Source: Minisyncoccota bacterium (GTDB taxonomy: Bacteria; Patescibacteriota; Patescibacteriia; SG8-24; DYFX01). From it: a stretch of 45,632 nt of DNA. A program made the translations under genes and the position numbers. A model generated the notes under the pieces. That model ran no database searches, was not told where the DNA came from, and was given only the letters and a program-made list of their open reading frames with translations. Shown here in pieces: positions 7,891-20,227 of this stretch (its first letter is position 1; every line of letters starts with the position of its first letter). The DNA lies in NCBI GenBank assembly GCA_052034355.1, contig JBPOIQ010000049.1, positions 1 through 45,632 of the forward strand, in the 5' to 3' direction.

Positions 7891-9372
7891 CTATCCGTTC
7901 TTTTCAAGCAGCAGTGAGAGCGTCCGCCTGAAGTCCCCGCTGCCGCCACGATAGGACTCAAGGCGACCGGCAAGCTTCGGAGCGGCATCGCGGCAGAGCG
8001 AGAGAAGCCGCCCCGCAGGATCTTCTCCGGCCGCGTCGAATGCGTCAGCCAACCCATTGATCACCATCCCCTCCCCAAAATCCATTGATGTCTTTAAGAC
8101 GAATACCGGGCGCATCAACGAAATCGTGTCGTAGAGGAAGGTCGAATACACGCCTGCCACCGCGTGGATGCGACCGAGAACGGGCAGATGATTCGGAACG
8201 GCCTCAACCTCGTCAACAGAGCGGTCAAGCAAGCCATAAAGTCGCAACTGTTTTTTTTCATCCCAGTCCGGACGCGTCTTAAACCAAACCTTCACGCGGC
8301 TGGTTGAGAGCAGGCGTTCGAGTATGGACCGAACTTCGTCAAAGGGCGCGTCCGTTTCAAACGGCACGAGAAGCCCGATTGTTTCGGAATCTTTCGGCGG
8401 CGCATATAGCGCGCCCGCCGATGCCTCGTTCGCGTTCTTCGGATTACCGCCGATGCGAAGCTCCTCGGCACTGAAATTCGTTCCGAGCCGTAGCAGCTCT
8501 TTTTTCCAATACGGACTCCACACGAACAGCGCGTCCGGACGCACGTCTTGGCCGACGGGCGTACCCGAAGCAAGCCAACCCGCATGATACTTCGTGAAAT
8601 GGCCGTGCTGGAACGCATAAAAAGGAATCTTTTGAAGCCGTGCCGCCATGCACATTTCTTGATAGTATCTCGTATCATCGATGGCCAGAACGGCGTCCGG
8701 ACGAATGCGTTTCAGGACGCTCCTGTAACACGCGATTTCAAAACGAGATACGGCCGCGCCGCGCAGAAGCGACTCGACAAGCTTGCGAACAAACGGGCGA
8801 TCGCCTTCTCGGAATTCCGTGCACGGAAGCGCTCGCGCGATTTTTCTCGAACGCGCGGCGCAGGCGCAAAAGGCATGCCGTAACGACCCGAGAAACTGAA
8901 AAGCTTCCCGGTAGACAGCCGATCGGCCGCGCTGGACCGCCTGCGTCAGCATCGTCTTCCCCATCTGCGTATGAAACGTTTCCGTAAAAGAAACGCGATG
9001 ATCCCTCAAAAAACGGTAGAGGCCGTCAATACGAAAATCATGATCCCCCTCGGAACTCACCTTATCGACGCTGAAAACCAGCACGTTTTTTCTCCCCCGA
9101 ACGATAACCGCCCACAACGTGAGCACAAGCGCGGCGAAGCCTGAAAACCAATGCTTCAACGCCGCGAAGATACGCGAAATTCCAACCTTGTTTGTAACAG
9201 CTTTGCCCGAACTCGCGTTTCCTTTGAAGGCGATGAAAATTTTTGCCTGCCGCCACTGCAGATAATCCGCACCATCAATGGAAAAAAGGGACGAAAGTTC
9301 GGGGTGAGCCGCGATCATCCGGTTAAACGTTTTTAAATTTTGCAAGGCGATTGCCAGTGCGTCCATAGTCAT
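7891..9372 (-). CDS. Hypothetical GT-B-like surface carbohydrate biosynthesis protein (TagF/KpsS-like transferase?)
   Basis: 493 aa with one internal TM (FAALVLTLWAVIV). The C-terminal half has QHGHFTKYHAGW, VWSPYWKKELL and AGVYSTFLYDTISLMRPVFVL, which resemble phospho/glycosyl-transferase C-terminal motifs. It sits first in an operon with Wzx. The family assignment is uncertain. Confidence 0.5.
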   Translation of the reverse strand: MTMDALAIALQNLKTFNRMIAAHPELSSLFSIDGADYLQWRQAKIFIAFKGNASSGKAVTNKVGISRIFAALKHWFSGFAALVLTLWAVIVRGRKNVLVFSVDKVSSEGDHDFRIDGLYRFLRDHRVSFTETFHTQMGKTMLTQAVQRGRSAVYREAFQFLGSLRHAFCACAARSRKIARALPCTEFREGDRPFVRKLVESLLRGAAVSRFEIACYRSVLKRIRPDAVLAIDDTRYYQEMCMAARLQKIPFYAFQHGHFTKYHAGWLASGTPVGQDVRPDALFVWSPYWKKELLRLGTNFSAEELRIGGNPKNANEASAGALYAPPKDSETIGLLVPFETDAPFDEVRSILERLLSTSRVKVWFKTRPDWDEKKQLRLYGLLDRSVDEVEAVPNHLPVLGRIHAVAGVYSTFLYDTISLMRPVFVLKTSMDFGEGMVINGLADAFDAAGEDPAGRLLSLCRDAAPKLAGRLESYRGGSGDFRRTLSLLLEKNG

Positions 9373-9441
9373 CTACGTGTCGATAGCATAGCACGATTTG
9401 GCCCTGCGCCTAGACCCGAGGACTAAAGAAAAACGCCGGTT

Positions 9442-10209
9442 CTAGGCGAACTCGGCGTAGAGCGGGGCGTGATCGGAGACCACGTCGGGCAGAACCTCGA
9501 AATGCTTCACCGCCAGGTCATGCGAAGGCATGACGTAGTCGGCAAAGTTCGGTTCGTTCAGTTTGCCGTAGTGGCGATACCATGATGTACGCGTCGAGGC
9601 GATGCCGTGCTCAACTACCAGATTGCGAAGCTTGGCTCTCCTCTCCAAGATGCGCACAGACTCGGTGTCCGGCAACAAATTGAAGTCGCCAGAGAGGACC
9701 TTGGCACCGGCGTGCGCGTTCAACACGGCGACCGTCTTCTCGGACTGCGCCAGGCGATCCGGCGTATCAGTCTTAGGACCGTTGAACCAGAGGCCGTGCA
9801 GATTGCCGAAGAGCACCGCCCTGCCGCCCACGTCCAGCGTGATCGTCTGGAGCTTGCGGTCGGCGATGATCTCATCACCTTCATGTACCGGGTGTTCCGG
9901 CTCGTAGACCGTATGCTCATCCAGGCCGAGGACCGGAATCGACCGGCGCACGAAGATGGCGTTGCTCATGCGGTTCGGGTCGTCGAAACCGGCGAAGTAG
10001 CCGTCGAACTCCGGAAGCGCACGCGCAATCGCGTTGAACAGGTCAGCGTAGAGGTTCCAACCGGGGTGCCGTTGATTGATCACCGCTTGGTCGCCGTCGA
10101 GCACTTCTTGCAGGAGCCAGAGATCGGTCATGTCCCGTCTGCGCTCGAAGAACGCGATCAGCTCCTTGACCGCGCGCCCGCACCAGCAGTTCAGGGTGGT
10201 AATACGCAT
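9442..10209 (-). CDS. Endonuclease/exonuclease/phosphatase (EEP) family protein
   Basis: MRITTLNCW... LLQEV ... SGDFNLLPDTES ... VSDHAPLYAEF are the canonical EEP catalytic motifs. An AGGAGGA SD lies upstream. Confidence 0.8.
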   Translation of the reverse strand: MRITTLNCWCGRAVKELIAFFERRRDMTDLWLLQEVLDGDQAVINQRHPGWNLYADLFNAIARALPEFDGYFAGFDDPNRMSNAIFVRRSIPVLGLDEHTVYEPEHPVHEGDEIIADRKLQTITLDVGGRAVLFGNLHGLWFNGPKTDTPDRLAQSEKTVAVLNAHAGAKVLSGDFNLLPDTESVRILERRAKLRNLVVEHGIASTRTSWYRHYGKLNEPNFADYVMPSHDLAVKHFEVLPDVVSDHAPLYAEFA

Positions 10210-10236
10210 GTCGTTCCTCCTCGTTTCGACGATACC

Positions 10237-10267
10237 AAAAACCGACGGTTTGTCAACCGTCGGTTTT
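10237..10267 (-). terminator. Rho-independent terminator after secA
   Basis: Perfect 13-bp stem AAAACCGACGGTT/AACCGTCGGTTTT with a 4-nt loop, 8 nt beyond the secA stop. Confidence 0.7.
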
Positions 10268-10274
10268 CACTTTC

Positions 10275-13004
<2,730 letters not shown>

Positions 13005-13010
13005 GCGGTA

Positions 13011-13322
13011 TCAGTCGTGGCGTTCTTTTTCCTTGACCACTTCGCGTCCGAGCGTGCGGACAGCCTCCTTGATCGCGGCGTAAAGATCTTCCGCGGTTTC
13101 TTCAACGCGGATCATCTTGCCCGGAATGCGCAAACTCATCTCGGCGCGGAAAATTTCACCCTTGTGGTGATGATTCGTCGTCTTGCCGACTTCGACGTCG
13201 ACGGAAACGCCATCGCCGAAGCGCGCTGTCATGGATTCAAGCGAGGCGAGATCCTTTTCAACAGCGTCCTTGATAGCGTCGGTCAATTCGATTCCTGTGG
13301 CTTTGATGCGATCAATGGTCAT
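13011..13322 (-). CDS. hpf: Ribosome hibernation promoting factor (short HPF/RaiA family)
   Basis: 103 aa. ITGIELTDAIKDAVEKDL ... FRAEMSLRIPGKMIRVEETAEDLYAAI matches the S30AE/HPF pattern. It lies just upstream of secA, a common arrangement. Confidence 0.85.
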   Translation of the reverse strand: MTIDRIKATGIELTDAIKDAVEKDLASLESMTARFGDGVSVDVEVGKTTNHHHKGEIFRAEMSLRIPGKMIRVEETAEDLYAAIKEAVRTLGREVVKEKERHD

Positions 13323-13405
13323 AGAGAACAGCCTGTTTTAGTGGCTCTACTTTAAAGGAAAAGGCCGAGCCGCGCAAGGGCGGCTATCTTCTCCGAAACG
13401 GATGC

Positions 13406-14380
13406 TCAAAAACCGAGCAACTGCACCTCTTCTTCGAGCTGAAGGCCGTAATCGTCTCGAATACGCATCTTGATGAGCGAGATGAGCTGAAGCACGTCGG
13501 ATGCTGTGGCGCCGCCCAGGTTCAGCAAAAAGTTTCCGTGCTTCGAAGACACCTGGGCGCGTCCGATCGTTTTACCTTTTAAGTCAGCCTGTTCGATGAG
13601 CCAGCCTGCGGGCAGACGCTTGGCGCGCAAGAAGGCCTCGGGAATATCTACACGTTCTTTCAGTTTCGCAAGTTCCGATTCTTCCTTGAAATCGAAGTTC
13701 TTGAACATGCACCCCGCCGACGGCGCATCGCTCGGCTGATCCGCCTTGCGTTTGGAAAGCACGTCTTCCAATTTCGCCAGGCAACTCTCTTTCGGCGCGG
13801 TCGAAAGTGCGAATTTCGCCGAGAGTACGACATCGCCGCTTCTCTTGAAACGCGATTCGCGATAGCCGAAACCACATTCTTCGTTTTTGCAAACGCTGCG
13901 CTCCGTACGCCCGTCGATGACGCGCAGAATTTCAACCGACTCGAGCGTATCTTTGATTTCTCCTCCGAAACAGCCGGCGTTGCCGCGCACGGCTCCTCCG
14001 ATCGTACCCGGGAGAGAAACCGCCCATTCGAGTCCGGTCAACCCCGCTTCGGCGGTTTTGCGCGCAAGAAACCCCGTCGGTACGCCAGCTTCGGCCGTAA
14101 CGGAGGCGCCATCGACGCTCCAGCCGCGATTTGCCGCTTGAATCACAAGCCCGCAAAAACCGTCATCGCTCGGAAGCGTATTCGAACCTCCGCCGAAAAT
14201 CGCGAACGGCAGTTGGTCGAGGACGGCCGCTTCGACGGCCTGCACGATCTCTTCGGAACTCTTGGCTTCGACATAAAAATCCGCCGGACCTCCGATCCGG
14301 ATATGGACATGCTTGGCAAGCGGCTCATCTTTTTTGACGCGCTCGCCGAAGGCGTTTACGAGATGCGTTGGTGAAGACAT
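13406..14380 (-). CDS. murB: UDP-N-acetylenolpyruvoylglucosamine reductase MurB
   Basis: ORF 13406..14542 trimmed to the ATG at 14380 (MSSPTHLVNAFGERVKKDEPLAKHVHIRIGGPADFY). It has the FAD-binding domain motifs GGGSN and LPGTIGGAVRGNAGCFG, plus a C-terminal MurB domain. Confidence 0.9.
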   Translation of the reverse strand: MSSPTHLVNAFGERVKKDEPLAKHVHIRIGGPADFYVEAKSSEEIVQAVEAAVLDQLPFAIFGGGSNTLPSDDGFCGLVIQAANRGWSVDGASVTAEAGVPTGFLARKTAEAGLTGLEWAVSLPGTIGGAVRGNAGCFGGEIKDTLESVEILRVIDGRTERSVCKNEECGFGYRESRFKRSGDVVLSAKFALSTAPKESCLAKLEDVLSKRKADQPSDAPSAGCMFKNFDFKEESELAKLKERVDIPEAFLRAKRLPAGWLIEQADLKGKTIGRAQVSSKHGNFLLNLGGATASDVLQLISLIKMRIRDDYGLQLEEEVQLLGF

Positions 14381-14430
14381 AGCGTCGTCGTGGTGAAACG
14401 TTTTTTGGCAACAAGGCTTTTCGCAATCGA

Positions 14431-15510
14431 TCAAGAACGGACCTCTGAGACAGATCGGTATACAGCCTCCATCTCCGCGCCGACGCGCTCCCATCGGAAA
14501 CGCGCGACGCTTTCGGGCGCGGCTGACGACATGCGAAGCCAAGAGGCGGGATCGTCAAACATTTCTTTTATGGCGGCGGCAAGCGCCTCGGCATCACCCG
14601 GCGGAACAAGCCTGCCGTTCATGCCGTCTTGAATGACGTCCTCAGCGCCCGAATCAAGACAACCGATCGACGGCACGCCCTGCGCCATTGCCTCGAGATA
14701 CACGAGACCGAGCCCTTCGAACGCCGTACCGCTATGCTCTGAAGGCAAAACGAACACGTCGGCTTCGGCGTAAAAATTCCGTAACGCTTCTTCCGAAACG
14801 CGGCCGTGAAACTTCACGCATTCGTCGAGGTCGAGCTCCCGCACCCGTTTTTCAAGAAGCTCGACGTATCGAGAGGAATCTTTCGGACCGGCGCAATCAA
14901 CCGCGAAAGAAAAGCCTTTTCGTTTCAAAAGCCCGCATGCTTCGACGAGCGTATGGAATCCTTTGCGCGCCTTCACGGCTCCGACGCTCAGTATCCGATG
15001 CTCATTCCCAAGTTTCTTCTCCGTCGTACCGCGCGCCGCCGGGGAAAACCCCCCTGGCACGATCTCCACGTTTTGCACCCTGAAGGTACGCTGCACGACT
15101 TCCGACGTATATCGACTGACCGCAACGACGCGCGCCGCACGGCGGAACGAAAGGCTGTAGAGCCAACGGAGATGGCGAGGATACGTCGCGGCATCAGCGT
15201 ACGTACCATGCGTCGAAATGAGATACGGCTTGCCTGTGAAAAATGACAGCACCATCGCGAGCGGCGCGACGAGTTCCGTTGCCGCATGAATGACGTCGCC
15301 GCCCTCTACCTCACTTCGCAACGCCAGCGCATCGAGCACCGTGAAGAATGGCTGCTTCCAGTGAAGTTCGGCTGATCGCAGACGGGCCGGATTGGGTGCA
15401 AGAACGTTTTCTCGTCCGATGCGGCGTCGGGCTTCCGCCAAAAATCCGGCGGCATAGCGCCCCCATCCGATCGTCTCTTCGAGCGTTGACGTGAGAAAAA
15501 CAAGTTTCAT
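14431..15510 (-). CDS. Glycosyltransferase family 4 (GT-B)
   Basis: 359 aa. The C-terminal signature is PSEHSGTAFEGLGLVYLEAMAQGVPSIG...DGMNGRLVPPGD. Confidence 0.85.
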   Translation of the reverse strand: MKLVFLTSTLEETIGWGRYAAGFLAEARRRIGRENVLAPNPARLRSAELHWKQPFFTVLDALALRSEVEGGDVIHAATELVAPLAMVLSFFTGKPYLISTHGTYADAATYPRHLRWLYSLSFRRAARVVAVSRYTSEVVQRTFRVQNVEIVPGGFSPAARGTTEKKLGNEHRILSVGAVKARKGFHTLVEACGLLKRKGFSFAVDCAGPKDSSRYVELLEKRVRELDLDECVKFHGRVSEEALRNFYAEADVFVLPSEHSGTAFEGLGLVYLEAMAQGVPSIGCLDSGAEDVIQDGMNGRLVPPGDAEALAAAIKEMFDDPASWLRMSSAAPESVARFRWERVGAEMEAVYRSVSEVRS

Positions 15511-15544
15511 ACAGAGGATCGCTCAAAGCGTACTCCCTACAACC

Positions 15545-15573
15545 TTGCTTTTCAAGGCGAAATAGGCTATCCT
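15545..15573 (+). promoter_or_regulatory. Putative promoter (-35 TTGCTT, 17 nt, -10 TATCCT) only 9 nt upstream of the ATG at 15583
   Basis: Motif inspection only. There is no SD between the -10 and the ATG, which suggests a leaderless or near-leaderless transcript. Confidence 0.3.
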
Positions 15574-15582
15574 GGACTCGCT

Positions 15583-16899
15583 ATGAACGGCGATCTTCGC
15601 CGATATAAATTGGCTCTTTTGGCCGCTGGCGATCTGCTTGCGGCGTTTTCGGCATTGTTCCTGACCATCACGCTTCGGTACGGGCGTACGGAGCTGCTTT
15701 CGGAATGGCCGGATCATGCCTGGCCCTTCACTGTCGTGTTTATTCTGTGGCTCGCGATTTTTTACATCGTCGGCCTCTACGACTTCGACGCCCTGCGCAG
15801 CCGCATCGAGCTGCTCGGCCGCGCGGCCGAATCCCTGGGTGCAGCCTTTCTCGTCTCCATGGCGGTTTTCTACTTCACGCCGGGTGTCGGCATCACGCCA
15901 AAAACGAACCTGATCATCGTTCTTGTCGTTTTTGCCGTCCTCTTCCTCGGATGGAGAATGCTGACGATGCACCTCTTCTCCCGCGAACGTTTCCGCCTGC
16001 GCGTCTTGTTCCTAGGCGGCGGCGAGGAAGCGCGTACGCTCAGCACTGTTCTTGAAAGCAATCCCCACGTGGGCTACACGTCCGTCGGCGTCGTCGAGGA
16101 GGTAAATGACGACGCTCTTCCGAGGTGCGATGTGATCGTTGTCGCGCGCACGATGCAGGGTCACACGGACGTGACGGCGCGCTTGTATCGCAAGTTTTTC
16201 CAGAAAGTCGCGATCATTGATCTTCCGAATTTCTACGAGAAAATCCGCCACTCGGTACCTGCTTCCGCGCTCGACGAGCGCTGGATTATCGACAATCTCG
16301 CGAACCAGGAAGGATCGATCTATGAACACGTAAAACACCTGGGTGACATGATCTGCGGGGTTCTTTTCGCCGTGCCGACCCTTCTTCTCTCCCCCGTGAT
16401 CGCCGCCGCGATTTGGATCGAAGACCGCGGACCGATCCTCTATCGCCAAACGCGCGTCGGAAAAGGCGGTGCGCTGTTCTCGATCGTGAAATTCCGCACG
16501 ATGCGCGTCGATGCCGAAAAGAACGGCGCCGCATTCGCGCAAGAAGGCGACCCGCGTGTCACGCACGTCGGCAGGTTCTTGCGCGCCTCACGCCTCGACG
16601 AGCTGCCGCAGGTATGGAACATCCTTCGCGGCGAAATGAGTTTTGTAGGCCCGCGCCCGGAACGTCCGGAGATCGAGGACGATCTGGCGAAGACGATCCC
16701 TCTGTTCCCCGTGCGTCATCTCGTACGCCCCGGCCTGACCGGTTGGGCGCAGGTGTCGGCTCCATATGCCGCCACGCACGAAGACCATCTGCTGAAGCTT
16801 CGCCACGATCTCTACTATCTGAAATACCGCTCGCTCGCGCTTGACGCTGCGATCGTCCTCAAGACAATCTATAGCGTCCTAAAAAGGAAGGGTCGCTGA
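15583..16899 (+). CDS. Polyprenyl-phosphate sugar-1-phosphate transferase (WbaP/EpsL-type initiating enzyme)
   Basis: 438 aa. It has N-terminal TM helices and a C-terminal bacterial sugar transferase domain ([53 protein letters not shown]). Confidence 0.9.
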   Translation: MNGDLRRYKLALLAAGDLLAAFSALFLTITLRYGRTELLSEWPDHAWPFTVVFILWLAIFYIVGLYDFDALRSRIELLGRAAESLGAAFLVSMAVFYFTPGVGITPKTNLIIVLVVFAVLFLGWRMLTMHLFSRERFRLRVLFLGGGEEARTLSTVLESNPHVGYTSVGVVEEVNDDALPRCDVIVVARTMQGHTDVTARLYRKFFQKVAIIDLPNFYEKIRHSVPASALDERWIIDNLANQEGSIYEHVKHLGDMICGVLFAVPTLLLSPVIAAAIWIEDRGPILYRQTRVGKGGALFSIVKFRTMRVDAEKNGAAFAQEGDPRVTHVGRFLRASRLDELPQVWNILRGEMSFVGPRPERPEIEDDLAKTIPLFPVRHLVRPGLTGWAQVSAPYAATHEDHLLKLRHDLYYLKYRSLALDAAIVLKTIYSVLKRKGR

Positions 16900-16927
16900 C
16901 GGTTTGCGCGTATCGTGACTCTGAATC

Positions 16928-16953
16928 AAAAAATGCCTCAAGGGGCATTTTTT
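16928..16953. terminator. Bidirectional rho-independent terminator between convergent genes
   Basis: Perfect inverted repeat AAAAAATGCC-TCAAGG-GGCATTTTTT. The A/T tracts give a T-run on both strands. Confidence 0.75.
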
Positions 16954-16980
16954 GATTCCCACACGAGTTTTGTAAACGCG

Positions 16981-17814
16981 CTACTTCTTCTCCAAAAAGG
17001 CGATAGATCCGTAACCGAAATTTCTCAACACTGGCAAGTGTTTCACGCGGTCGAGCGCTTTGATGAACGGCAAGAAAAAATTGAAGTACGGAAGAACGAG
17101 CGTCGAAGCTTCGAAACGCTTGATGACGAATCCCCCTTTTTCCAAACGCCGGCGCATGACCCATGGGTAGCGCCATACATGCGGCAATGCTCCCACTCCG
17201 GCATAACCCTCTTGCACGCCTTCGCCAAAGAGATGCCAAAAAATGCGGAGCACGCCCCATGGTAGCGCCACGAGCGCACGTTTCGAAAGGCGCCAGAAAT
17301 CAGCTCCGCCGAGCTGCGAGGCCGCAGCCAAGTTCAAGCACGTCGGCAAAGCGACCACGACCCGTTTCTTGGCCACGCGATGCAACTCCGAAAGACCTTG
17401 TTCGAAATCCGGAAGATGTTCGAGGACATGCGAGGAAACGACCCAATCGAAACTCGCGTCTGGAAACGGCAGATGCTCGGCGTCGCCTTGCACGAGTGTG
17501 ACACGATCCAAGACGCCACGTTTTTCCAAAAAAGCTTTCGCGTTTTCCAGGTTGGGAGTCGAGATATCCATTGCCGTCACTTTTGCGCCGCGTTCCGCCA
17601 AGTACCACGACAACACGCCCTCGCCGCATCCGGCATCAAGCACCGTTTCACCCGGTTGCACGAACTTGGCGATCGACTCGTAACCCATGCGATGCGCGTG
17701 ACGTCGAAGCGGATACGGCGAATTGAGCCGCTTCTCGACGATACGGTCGCCATATGTTTCGTAGAAACCCTTGATGCCGGAAGAATCCATATCAGCGTTT
17801 CGAACCGCGTCCAA
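16981..17814 (-). CDS. Class I SAM-dependent methyltransferase (Methyltransf_11-like) with a C-terminal extension
   Basis: The SAM motif is VLDAGCGEGVLSWYLAERGAKVTAMDIS, followed by LVQGDAEHLPFPDASFD. An alternative start at 17790 would sit one nt after the stop of the upstream gene. Confidence 0.75.
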   Translation of the reverse strand: MDAVRNADMDSSGIKGFYETYGDRIVEKRLNSPYPLRRHAHRMGYESIAKFVQPGETVLDAGCGEGVLSWYLAERGAKVTAMDISTPNLENAKAFLEKRGVLDRVTLVQGDAEHLPFPDASFDWVVSSHVLEHLPDFEQGLSELHRVAKKRVVVALPTCLNLAAASQLGGADFWRLSKRALVALPWGVLRIFWHLFGEGVQEGYAGVGALPHVWRYPWVMRRRLEKGGFVIKRFEASTLVLPYFNFFLPFIKALDRVKHLPVLRNFGYGSIAFLEKK

Positions 17815-20140
17815 GCGCCTGCGCGCCGGCTACGGCGAGAATGAGAATGAGCGGCTCCGTCGGAAAACGATAGCGCGCGAGCGGTTCGAATCCTTCGAAC
17901 GCTTGCAAACGATGCAGCCCGCCAAACATCATCGTCGCAAAAGCGAAGAGAATCGCGAGCATGAAACCGATCTTTGCCTCGCGCGGAAGCTTGCCGCGCC
18001 AAAGGCCGACCAGGGCAAGGAATAAAATGAACCAATGCGTGAGCACGAGAAACATCTTAACCAACACCTGACGCAAAGGCTGCGCCGCCATGAAGTATCC
18101 CGGTTTCAAGGACAGGTGGTACACGACATCACCGCCAGGATTTGTTCTGCCCTCAATCGGCTCCCCCGCTCCCACATCGCTCAGCCGATGCGGAAAGCGC
18201 CAATACAGGTAGGTACCTTCGACATACAGATGCCAGCGCGAAGGCGCGAACAAAAATTCGACAAGTGTCGGTTCGAACAAAGCTTGTTCATAGTTCTTTG
18301 CGACAAGCGGCGCCTGCGTCAATGCGTGCTTTTTTGCAATAGAAGCATTGCGCAAGGAGATGCCACCGAACGCCAGAAGCGTTGGAAGCACGAGCAGGAG
18401 CGCCAATTTCCAGGAACGCTTCGAAACGAGCGCCCAGGCGCCGAATACAACGGCTTGATAAAAACCGAACTCGCGCGTGAGGCCAGCCAGCATAAAACCG
18501 ACACCCGCAACCAAAGCATTGTGCAACTGCCGGCGCTGCACGGCAAAGACCGCGCACACGATCGCGCTCGTCAACAAGAACGTGTAGAGCGTCTCGGTAT
18601 AGAGGATGCCGCTTTCAAGAACCGAAGGCGTATAAACGGCGAGCAGTACTCCGGCAAGCAGGCCTTCCTTGCGTCCAAGCCAGGTACGAGCCGCGAGAGC
18701 GCCGATAAAAACAGTTGCCGATGAGAGTGCTGCCTGGACGAGACGAATCCACAACAAGTCATTGCCGAACAAGCTGCGAATGGCGGCGAGAAGATATGGG
18801 TATCCCACCGAAAAAAAACGGAGATCCTCTTTCGGCACGGCATCGACGAGCCCGCGGACATAGTCGGACAAGCCGAGATAGGCCGGCCCATCGCCTCCGT
18901 CAATTTTCAGTTGCGGAAAATACGCGACATACAGGACGCGGATTGCAAAAGCAAGGCAAGCTACCGCGATTTCCACCCGATAGCGCTCATACCACGCCTC
19001 GGAGCGCTTCGATTCCGGAAGATCCTGAAGCACGTCCATCGCACGATGCGTCCATGAACAACCCTCCGCCAGCGCCAACGCCTCGCGTTCCAACTCTTCT
19101 TTTTTTACGGGAGACTCCGCAAGCGTCGAGAGCGCCCGGGCAAGAGCGGTTGGATCCGACGGCGACACAAAAACGACCGAGCGCTCGGAAAGCACTTCGC
19201 GCACGGAAGGTGTACTTGTGGCGATGATCGCCTTCCCGGCGGCGAGATATTCGAACAACTTGAGCGGCGAAAGGAATTCCGCGGCGTGACGGCCGGAGGC
19301 ACGGGTCGGCAGGACAGCCGCGTCCGCCGCGCGAAGATACAGAGGCACCTGCGCATGCGGCACCATGCCGGTAAACGTCACGTTCGTCAGCCCGAGCGCT
19401 TGAGCGCGCGTCTCAAGCCGCGCCAGATCATCCGGACGACCGCCAACGAAAAGAACGCGCGTCGACGGTTGGACGTGCGCGCAGGCTTCAAGCAAATCAT
19501 CCGCCCCTTTATAGGGATACAAGTGCCCCGTATACACGGCGATAAACGCGCGTTCCGGCAAACCGAGTTTCGCCCGCGCTTCCGCTTTCGTCTCTTTCAC
19601 TTCAAACTTTGCCGCATCAACGCCGTCATGCGCGGTTTTCACCGACGTTTCCGGAACACCGGCGGAGACGAACGCGCGCCGCAATCCTTCTGTCACCGCG
19701 ACAACGCGAGAGGCGCGCTTCCAAAGCCAGCGGTGGAAACGCGTGACGCGCTCGGGAAAATTATGCGCTTCAAACACGGAGCGTGCGCGCGCGTCGATCC
19801 CGACAAACCACGGATCGCGGGTATAGACCACATCGGGCCCGAACTGGCGAACAACACGAGACGCTTTCAACCAAAACTGCGGAAGGTTGAGCCAGAGCGC
19901 AAATCGCCCGAAAAACCGGTCGTGCCAAATAAAATCAAGAATCGGAACCTGCACGATCTTGAAGGAGGGTTCCATCTTGTAATACTCCCACGGCGTCGCC
20001 TGAAGCGGATTCGTCCTGCGCGGCACCACAAGGCATACGTCATGACCGTTGCGCGCAAAAGCCTGGCACATCTCCATAATCTGGAGGCCATGGGCTTTTT
20101 CGGTGGGTAATCGGATGTCCGCAACGTACGCGATTTTCAT
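17792..20140 (-). CDS. Fusion protein: N-terminal GT4 glycosyltransferase plus C-terminal GT-C-like (ArnT/PMT_2-like) membrane domain
   Basis: ORF 17792..20617 trimmed to the ATG at 20140 (MKIAYVADIRLPTEKAHGLQIMEM). The first ~385 aa form a GT-B/GT4 domain. The rest is a multi-TM domain beginning YVAYFPQLKIDGGDGPAYLGLSDY, typical of GT-C first-loop acidic motifs. Confidence 0.75.
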   Translation of the reverse strand: MKIAYVADIRLPTEKAHGLQIMEMCQAFARNGHDVCLVVPRRTNPLQATPWEYYKMEPSFKIVQVPILDFIWHDRFFGRFALWLNLPQFWLKASRVVRQFGPDVVYTRDPWFVGIDARARSVFEAHNFPERVTRFHRWLWKRASRVVAVTEGLRRAFVSAGVPETSVKTAHDGVDAAKFEVKETKAEARAKLGLPERAFIAVYTGHLYPYKGADDLLEACAHVQPSTRVLFVGGRPDDLARLETRAQALGLTNVTFTGMVPHAQVPLYLRAADAAVLPTRASGRHAAEFLSPLKLFEYLAAGKAIIATSTPSVREVLSERSVVFVSPSDPTALARALSTLAESPVKKEELEREALALAEGCSWTHRAMDVLQDLPESKRSEAWYERYRVEIAVACLAFAIRVLYVAYFPQLKIDGGDGPAYLGLSDYVRGLVDAVPKEDLRFFSVGYPYLLAAIRSLFGNDLLWIRLVQAALSSATVFIGALAARTWLGRKEGLLAGVLLAVYTPSVLESGILYTETLYTFLLTSAIVCAVFAVQRRQLHNALVAGVGFMLAGLTREFGFYQAVVFGAWALVSKRSWKLALLLVLPTLLAFGGISLRNASIAKKHALTQAPLVAKNYEQALFEPTLVEFLFAPSRWHLYVEGTYLYWRFPHRLSDVGAGEPIEGRTNPGGDVVYHLSLKPGYFMAAQPLRQVLVKMFLVLTHWFILFLALVGLWRGKLPREAKIGFMLAILFAFATMMFGGLHRLQAFEGFEPLARYRFPTEPLILILAVAGAQALGRGSKR

Positions 20141-20227
20141 AGGGACTTCGTGTGCTATTCTGCCAAGAAACCGGCTTTTTGGCCAGCCGTTGACAATCGA
20201 GGACACGGCTCCGATAATGGAAAAGTT

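Noticed and set aside
15523-15972. 149-aa minus-strand ORF over the start of the sugar-phosphate transferase gene
   Set aside because: It lies antisense to a well-supported gene. It is highly charged and low-complexity, and would also run through the divergent promoter region.
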